A stretch of DNA of 64,000 bases from a virus, in the IMG/VR virus record IMGVR_UViG_3300027659_000015, positions 32,001 to 96,000 of that record; one strand, 5' to 3'. Made by a program: the position numbers and the translations under genes. This document shows positions 58,439 through 64,000 of the stretch, piece after piece (the first letter of the stretch is position 1; every line of letters begins with the position of its first letter). The notes below the pieces were generated by a model. That model was not told the DNA's origin. It ran no database searches and saw nothing but the letters and a program-made list of their open reading frames with translations.

Positions 58439-59918
58439 TTTAATTATTACTAAGAAAGATGAAGTCTTTGCCAAGGTGGCCTGTGAACGCCACATTGCAA
58501 TGGAACTGTCTGAGTTCTTCACCTTCTTTGTACCAGGCTATCAGTTCGTTCCAGCCTATCGGAATCGAATATGGGACGGTAAAATAAGATTGTTTGCTTT
58601 ACAATCTGGTCAAATCTATCTTGGTCTTGTGCCTTATCTCAAAGAATTCTGTACCGAGCGTGAATATACATACGAAATAGAAGAGTTAACAGATGAATAC
58701 TCTGTATATCTGGCAGAAAAGTTTATCAAAACGTTAAATCTTCATTCGAACGGACAACCAATTGAGGTCAGAGAACACCAATTAAATGCTTATGTTCACG
58801 CAATGCGCAATCGTAGAGCATTGTTATTGTCACCTACGGCATCAGGCAAATCATTAATCATTTATCTTATTTGCCGGCAGTTATTAGATTATCAAAAACT
58901 TAAAGGTCTTATTATTGTTCCGACTACATCTTTGGTAGAACAATTATACGCAGACTTTGGTGATTATGCAAGTGAAAGTGGTTTCAAAAACTTTATGCAT
59001 GTGCATAGAATTTACCAAGGTAAAGAAAAGACCACAGATAAAGCCATTACAATATCTACATGGCAATCATTGTATCAGATGGACAAATCTTATTTTGAAC
59101 AGTTTGATTACATTATAGGTGACGAAGCACATCTATTCAAGGCACAGTCTTTGACAACCATTATGACTTCTGCCAACAAAACAAAATACCGTATTGGTCT
59201 AACTGGTACTTTGGATGGAACCAAAACACACAAATTGGTATTGGAAGGTTTATTTGGTCCTGTAGAAAAAGTTATTACAACTAAAGAATTAATTGATAAG
59301 AAACAACTATCAGATTTTGTTATTAAATGTTTGGTACTTAAACACTCGGATGAGATATGTGCTGAGATGAAAGGTGCAACTTATGTGGATGAGATTCAGT
59401 ATCTAATTGCCAATGAGGCAAGAAATAAATTCATTCGTAATCTAACCATATCATTAAAGACCAATACTTTGGTATTGTATCAAATGGTAGAGAAACACGG
59501 TAAGATTCTTTTTGATATGATTAAAGAACGAGCTGGTGAAAGAAAGGTATTCTTTGTACATGGGGGTACAGAAACCGAAACAAGAGAAGAGATTCGTGGA
59601 ATTATGGAGAAAGAAAATGATGCAATTGTTGTTGCTTCTTTTGGCACCTTTAGTACTGGGATTAATATACGTAATTTGCACAATATTATATTTGCGTCGC
59701 CGTCAAAGTCCAGAGTTAGGAACTTGCAATCAATTGGTCGAGGTCTCAGGCAGTCTGAGGGTAAAACCATTGCAACACTCTACGACATTGCAGATGACCT
59801 CAGACACAAAAAACATATGAACTTTACACTACAACATTTCGTGGAAAGAGTGAAGATATATAATGAAGAGAAGTTCTCATTTAAAATTTACAACATAGGA
59901 CTCAAAGATGGAAAATAA
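58428..59918 (+). CDS. uvsW: DNA helicase UvsW
   Basis: GTG start at 58428 with GGGAG SD; WDGKIRLF, SPTASGKSL, DEAH, GLTGT, LQSIGRGLR, LYDIADDL. Confidence 0.95.
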   Translation: MASDLIITKKDEVFAKVACERHIAMELSEFFTFFVPGYQFVPAYRNRIWDGKIRLFALQSGQIYLGLVPYLKEFCTEREYTYEIEELTDEYSVYLAEKFIKTLNLHSNGQPIEVREHQLNAYVHAMRNRRALLLSPTASGKSLIIYLICRQLLDYQKLKGLIIVPTTSLVEQLYADFGDYASESGFKNFMHVHRIYQGKEKTTDKAITISTWQSLYQMDKSYFEQFDYIIGDEAHLFKAQSLTTIMTSANKTKYRIGLTGTLDGTKTHKLVLEGLFGPVEKVITTKELIDKKQLSDFVIKCLVLKHSDEICAEMKGATYVDEIQYLIANEARNKFIRNLTISLKTNTLVLYQMVEKHGKILFDMIKERAGERKVFFVHGGTETETREEIRGIMEKENDAIVVASFGTFSTGINIRNLHNIIFASPSKSRVRNLQSIGRGLRQSEGKTIATLYDIADDLRHKKHMNFTLQHFVERVKIYNEEKFSFKIYNIGLKDGK

Positions 59919-60273
59919 TATAAAAATTGTTCGTTTTAAAGATGGATTGGATGTTGTTTGTCATTTTAATTATACATCAGAAGATGAAACCATGATGGAA
60001 CTTGAAACACCAATGATGTTTGAGGTAAGAAATACCAATTTGATAATGCAGAATTGGTTGCCTTTATCTTTAATGAAAGTGAATACTGTTAAGATTAAAA
60101 CAGAAGAGGTTCTTTGTTTGATTGAACCTTCCGATGAATTCGCTGAGTATTACCATGAAACGGTAACTAAGATGAATAGGTTTGAGGGTAACAAACAAAC
60201 AGGAGAAGAAACTCATCAGCTATTGGAAGCATTAGCTGAATTGAAGAGTATGGATGAATCGGACATCCATTAA
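59908..60273 (+). CDS. Hypothetical protein between uvsW and gp55
   Basis: 121 aa, AGGA SD, overlaps the uvsW end; IKIVRFKDG.DVV and NWLP motifs. Confidence 0.7.
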   Translation: MENNIKIVRFKDGLDVVCHFNYTSEDETMMELETPMMFEVRNTNLIMQNWLPLSLMKVNTVKIKTEEVLCLIEPSDEFAEYYHETVTKMNRFEGNKQTGEETHQLLEALAELKSMDESDIH

Positions 60274-60298
60274 TATATATCATAGGGGAACACCGAGG

Positions 60299-60327
60299 AC
60301 TATAACACATGTCAAGCCCCTTGTCAA
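60299..60327 (-). promoter_or_regulatory. Antisense sigma70-type promoter upstream of gp55
   Basis: Minus strand reads TTGACA (60327-60322), 17 nt, TATAGT (60304-60299), with extended -10 TGn. Confidence 0.6.
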
Positions 60328-60349
60328 CAACTTTTTATGGTACATTTGA

Positions 60350-60889
60350 ATGAGTAAACAAAAACATTATATTAATAACGGAGATTTTCTAACAGCTTTG
60401 GTCGAATACAAGACAAAGAAAAAAGAAGCAATTGAAAAAGGTTTACCTGAACCTCGTATACCGAATTACATAGGTGAATGCTTTATGAAGATTGCCGAAG
60501 GTCTGTCACATAAGCCAAACTTTATTAATTACACTTACCGAGATGAAATGATTTCGGACGGTATTGAGAACTGTTTGATGTACTTTGCCAACTTTGATGA
60601 AACCAAATCAAAGAATCCATTTGCCTATTTTACTCAAATCATTTACTATGCCTTTCTTAGACGAATACAGAAAGAAAAGAAACAACTGTATGTGAAGTAC
60701 AAAGCTACGGAACAAATGGGTATTCTGGATGAATTTGAAATGATGGAATTTGAAGATGGTACATCAAAACAATTTGAATTGTATGACAATATATCCGAAT
60801 TCATTGAAACATATGAAGATGCCAAACAGGCAAAGAAAGACTCCAAATCGGCAAAGAAGCCTAAAGGGATTGAAAAATTTATAGAATAG
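60350..60889 (+). CDS. gp55: Late-transcription sigma factor gp55
   Basis: HYINN.DFL.AL, YIGECFMKIAEGLSHKPNFINYTYRDEMISDGIENCL.Y..NFD..KSKNPFAYFTQIIYYAFLRRIQKEKKQ. Confidence 0.97.
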   Translation: MSKQKHYINNGDFLTALVEYKTKKKEAIEKGLPEPRIPNYIGECFMKIAEGLSHKPNFINYTYRDEMISDGIENCLMYFANFDETKSKNPFAYFTQIIYYAFLRRIQKEKKQLYVKYKATEQMGILDEFEMMEFEDGTSKQFELYDNISEFIETYEDAKQAKKDSKSAKKPKGIEKFIE

Positions 60890-60898
60890 TGTTATAAT
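60870..60898 (+). promoter_or_regulatory. sigma70-type promoter for gp47-gp46-def
   Basis: TTGAAA (60870-75), 17 nt, TATAAT (60893-98), with extended -10 TGn; overlaps the gp55 3' end. Confidence 0.75.
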
Positions 60899-60904
60899 CT
60901 TGTT

Positions 60905-61978
60905 ATGAATATGAAAATTGCTGTAATTACTGACCAACATTTTGGAGCTAGAAACGACTCCGTTCACTTCTTGGATTTCTATGAGAAGTTCTACCGTGAA
61001 ACATTTTTTCCTAAGATTAAGGAAGAACAGATTAAGTTCGTACTGATTTTAGGTGATACCTTTGACCGTAGAAAGTATGTGAATTTCTATTCTCTCAAGC
61101 GTACCAAAGAGATGTTCTTTGATCCGTTACAAGAGATGGGATGTGAAGTCTTTATGTTGGCTGGTAATCACGACACATACTTTAAAAATACGAATGATGT
61201 AAACTCTGTTGACCTATTGTTAGCAGAGTATGGTAACATACATGTTATCACAGAGCCAGAAACTATCTACATTGGACCTAAACCGATTGCAATGGTACCA
61301 TGGATATGTGCCGATAACTATGAACAAACATTACAGTTTATCAAAGAGACTGATGCCACAATCTGTATGGGTCACTTTGAAATTGCTGGATTTGCTATGC
61401 ATCGTGGTATGCCATCACAAGAAGGCTTAGACCGTTCCTTATTCAACAAGTTTGATTATACATTCTCTGGTCACTATCACCACAAATCAAATGCTGATGG
61501 CATCTATTATCTTGGTAATCCATATGAATTAACATGGCAAGATTACAATGATACCAGAGGATTTCACCTGATGGACTTTTGGAAAGATGAAATACAATTC
61601 ATACCAAATCCAAATCGTATGTTCCACAAAATCCTATATGACGATAAGGTAGATACCATTAAAGAGATTGATGGTAAAAACTTATCTGAATACAAGAATA
61701 CCTATGTCAAAGTGGTTGTGGTCAATAAAACCAATCCGTACCTATTTGACAAGTTCATGAATAACCTGTATAATGTCAATCCAATCGACATTACTATAGC
61801 TGAAGATTTTACTGAATTATCATTTGATGATGAAGAATTAGTAAATGAGGCAGAGGATACAATTACAATTCTAAACAAATATGTTGATGGTATCTCTGAA
61901 GATAACATTGATAACACCAAATTAAAAAACATTCTCAAAGAACTTTACGTTGAAGCTTTGAATACTGAACAAGCATGA
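60905..61978 (+). CDS. gp47: Recombination endonuclease subunit gp47 (Mre11/SbcD-like)
   Basis: ITDQHFG, LGDTFDRRK, GNHD, GHFE, SGHYH phosphoesterase motifs. Confidence 0.96.
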   Translation: MNMKIAVITDQHFGARNDSVHFLDFYEKFYRETFFPKIKEEQIKFVLILGDTFDRRKYVNFYSLKRTKEMFFDPLQEMGCEVFMLAGNHDTYFKNTNDVNSVDLLLAEYGNIHVITEPETIYIGPKPIAMVPWICADNYEQTLQFIKETDATICMGHFEIAGFAMHRGMPSQEGLDRSLFNKFDYTFSGHYHHKSNADGIYYLGNPYELTWQDYNDTRGFHLMDFWKDEIQFIPNPNRMFHKILYDDKVDTIKEIDGKNLSEYKNTYVKVVVVNKTNPYLFDKFMNNLYNVNPIDITIAEDFTELSFDDEELVNEAEDTITILNKYVDGISEDNIDNTKLKNILKELYVEALNTEQA

Positions 61979-63693
61979 TATTATTCCAAAAAGTTAGGTG
62001 GAAGAATTTTCTTTCTACTGGTGCTCATTATACAGAAATTAATTTTACCAAATCACAGAACACTTTGATTATTGGTCAGAATGGTGCTGGTAAGTCCACT
62101 ATACTGGATGCACTTTGTTTTGGCCTGTTTGGTAAACCGTTTCGTAAAATAAATAAACCACAACTGGTAAACTCTATCAATACAAAAGATTGTGTTGTGG
62201 AAGTATTCTTTAATATCGGTCAGAAACAATATAAGATTGTTCGTGGTATTAAACCGAATACATTTGAAATTTATATCAATGATGTTTTGCTGAACCAAGA
62301 TGCCGCTGCAAAAGACTATCAAGAGGTACTAGAGAAACAAATTCTCAAATTAAACTACAAGTCCTTTACGCAGGTGGTCATCCTTGGTTCAGCATCTTTT
62401 GTTCCGTTCATGCAGTTATCTGCCAATGACCGTAGAACTATTATCGAAGACCTACTCGACATTCAAATCTTTTCATCAATGAATGGTGTGGTCAAAGATA
62501 AACTATCCGAATTCAAAGAAGATATTACCAAAGCAAAGTATGGTATCTCTCTGACGGAAGAAAAGATTAAACTTCAATTACAGAACATTGAAGAACACAA
62601 GAAACATAATGATGATGAGATTGCCAAGATACTGGCTGAAATAGGTAAATCAAAAGAGCAACACAACAAATTACGAAATGATATTGAGTTGATTAACAAA
62701 CATGTTAAAGTATTGAACTCAAAGATTGGTGATAAGAAAGAAAAACTGGAAAAGAAATCTAAAGGTTTGTTTCAGGTTAAAGGTAAGATTGAGAACAATA
62801 TCAAGAAGAATGAAAAAGATATTGAATTCTACCAACATAATGATAACTGTCCTACTTGTAAACAATCTATTGAACCAGACTTCAAAGAACACCAAGTTGA
62901 AGAACGTACTAATAAATTAGGTACACAGAAAATTGGTCTTACTGAGGTAGAAACCGAACTTCAAAATATTACTAATGAAATGTCGGATATCACCAAGATT
63001 ATCCAGCATATTATTGAACACCAAAATCAAGTAACAGAACATAATGCTACGGTGAGAGCTATCAGTACATACATTGATAAGTTAAATAAACAATATGATG
63101 AACTGTCTATCAAGGTTAATAGTCCACAAGCTGATAACCAAAAGTTACTTGAGTTGAAATCTGAGATGTTTGAATTCAACACGGCATATGAAGAACTGAT
63201 GAACGAAAAACATTATTTTGAATTTGCAGGTTCTTTGTTAAAAGATACTGGTATCAAAACCAAAATCATTAAACAATATTTGCCAATTATGAATAAGTTG
63301 ATTAACAAGTACCTAACTGCCATGGACTTCTTTGTTAACTTTAACATTAACGAAAACTTTGAAGAAACAATTAAGAGTAGGCACCGTGATGAATTCTCTT
63401 ATGCCAATTTCTCTGAAGGCGAGAAGATGCGTATCGACTTAGCACTCCTTTTTACATGGAGACAGATTGCTAAGATGAAAAACTCTACCAATACAAACCT
63501 ATTGATACTAGATGAGGTATTTGATTCTAGTCTCGATACAGTCGGTACAGAAGAATTTTTAAAGTTGATACATGAGATGGGACAAGACACAAATGTGTTT
63601 GTTATTTCCCACAAAGGAGACCAACTGTTCGATAAGTTCCGTTCGGTCATTAAGTTTGAGAAAAAAGGAAACTTTTCAAGGATAGCAAAATGA
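61975..63693 (+). CDS. gp46: Recombination endonuclease subunit gp46 (Rad50/SbcC-like ATPase)
   Basis: WKNFLSTG, GQNGAGKST, CPTC zinc hook, FSEGEKMRIDLA signature, LILDEVFDSSLD, ISHK. Confidence 0.97.
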   Translation: MILFQKVRWKNFLSTGAHYTEINFTKSQNTLIIGQNGAGKSTILDALCFGLFGKPFRKINKPQLVNSINTKDCVVEVFFNIGQKQYKIVRGIKPNTFEIYINDVLLNQDAAAKDYQEVLEKQILKLNYKSFTQVVILGSASFVPFMQLSANDRRTIIEDLLDIQIFSSMNGVVKDKLSEFKEDITKAKYGISLTEEKIKLQLQNIEEHKKHNDDEIAKILAEIGKSKEQHNKLRNDIELINKHVKVLNSKIGDKKEKLEKKSKGLFQVKGKIENNIKKNEKDIEFYQHNDNCPTCKQSIEPDFKEHQVEERTNKLGTQKIGLTEVETELQNITNEMSDITKIIQHIIEHQNQVTEHNATVRAISTYIDKLNKQYDELSIKVNSPQADNQKLLELKSEMFEFNTAYEELMNEKHYFEFAGSLLKDTGIKTKIIKQYLPIMNKLINKYLTAMDFFVNFNINENFEETIKSRHRDEFSYANFSEGEKMRIDLALLFTWRQIAKMKNSTNTNLLILDEVFDSSLDTVGTEEFLKLIHEMGQDTNVFVISHKGDQLFDKFRSVIKFEKKGNFSRIAK

Positions 63694-64000
63694 GTACAGA
63701 TGATAATATAGTTTTATATAACACGGACGAAAAGGTAAAGATTCAACAACCACAAATTGAAACTTTCGATTTAGTTGACCCAACACATTCAGCATTACAC
63801 AAAGCATTACAAGAATTTGATTTTGATAATACGCCTATCAATCCGGATGATTTCGCTTCTTCACTTGTTGAAACTTGTAAGAAAAATAATGGATTAGGAT
63901 TATCTGCCAACCAATGTGGGTTTGAACATCGTGTTTTTGTGATGGGTGCCGAAGATGATTATATTGCCTGTTTCAATCCAAAAATTATTGAAATGGAAGG
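63690..64000 (+). CDS. def: Peptide deformylase, 3'-truncated by the window
   Basis: Not in the ORF track. ATGA overlap with gp46; translates MSTDDNIVLY...LVETCKKNNGLGLSANQCGFEHRVFVMG...FNPKII; GxGLSANQ is PDF motif 1. Confidence 0.85.
   Translation, partial: MSTDDNIVLYNTDEKVKIQQPQIETFDLVDPTHSALHKALQEFDFDNTPINPDDFASSLVETCKKNNGLGLSANQCGFEHRVFVMGAEDDYIACFNPKIIEME

Noticed and set aside
60167-60283. 38-codon minus-strand ORF downstream of the antisense promoter
   Set aside because: No SD, mostly antisense to ORF 59908, no recognisable features; cannot be supported as a gene
1-64000. tRNA/rRNA genes and stop-codon reassignment
   Set aside because: No intergenic gap shows a cloverleaf or rRNA; core genes are full length under the standard code and TAA, TGA and TAG all serve as stops

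Overview
A 64-kb segment of a large, AT-rich T4-like myovirus genome, similar in organisation to aquatic cyanophage/pelagiphage-type T4-like phages. The host cannot be assigned from this window. All credible genes lie on the + strand. Order: baseplate wedge genes (gp7-like, 5'-truncated; gp8) and a 2084-aa VrlC/DUF4815-type structural protein; an approximately 34-kb tail-fibre/adhesin island (10.5-44.4 kb) in the place where T4 has gp9-gp12/wac; the canonical morphogenesis block gp13-14-15-16-17-18-19-20-(two small genes)-21-22-23-gp3; then uvsY, uvsW, a hypothetical gene, gp55, gp47, gp46 and the 5' part of a peptide deformylase. Late genes carry gp55-type TAAATA promoters, and the recombination genes carry near-consensus sigma70 promoters. 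Two features of the fibre island stand out. (1) Its roughly 20 proteins show recurring, gene-order-colinear pairs of terminal motifs: C-terminal D-G-G-x-F followed by an Mtd_N-like N-terminus; C-terminal I-A-x-A/T-I-x-F followed by a ~110-aa adaptor and then a Y/V-I-G start; and small beta-sandwich domains together with M-x-x-(T/L)-K-(I/V) starts. These suggest a plug-and-socket code for a branched, multi-receptor fibre. (2) Two tandem paralogous proteins each hold six highly divergent LamG-like cassettes set in near-identical DNA scaffolds, each cassette beginning at a conserved TACTTTGATGGTAC anchor, which suggests recombination-based cassette exchange. Also noted: a fibre-gene remnant at 44281, a structured intergenic element at 16845, an antisense sigma70 promoter in front of gp55 and a probably leaderless gp47. 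Family assignments come from recognising motifs by eye, not from database searches.
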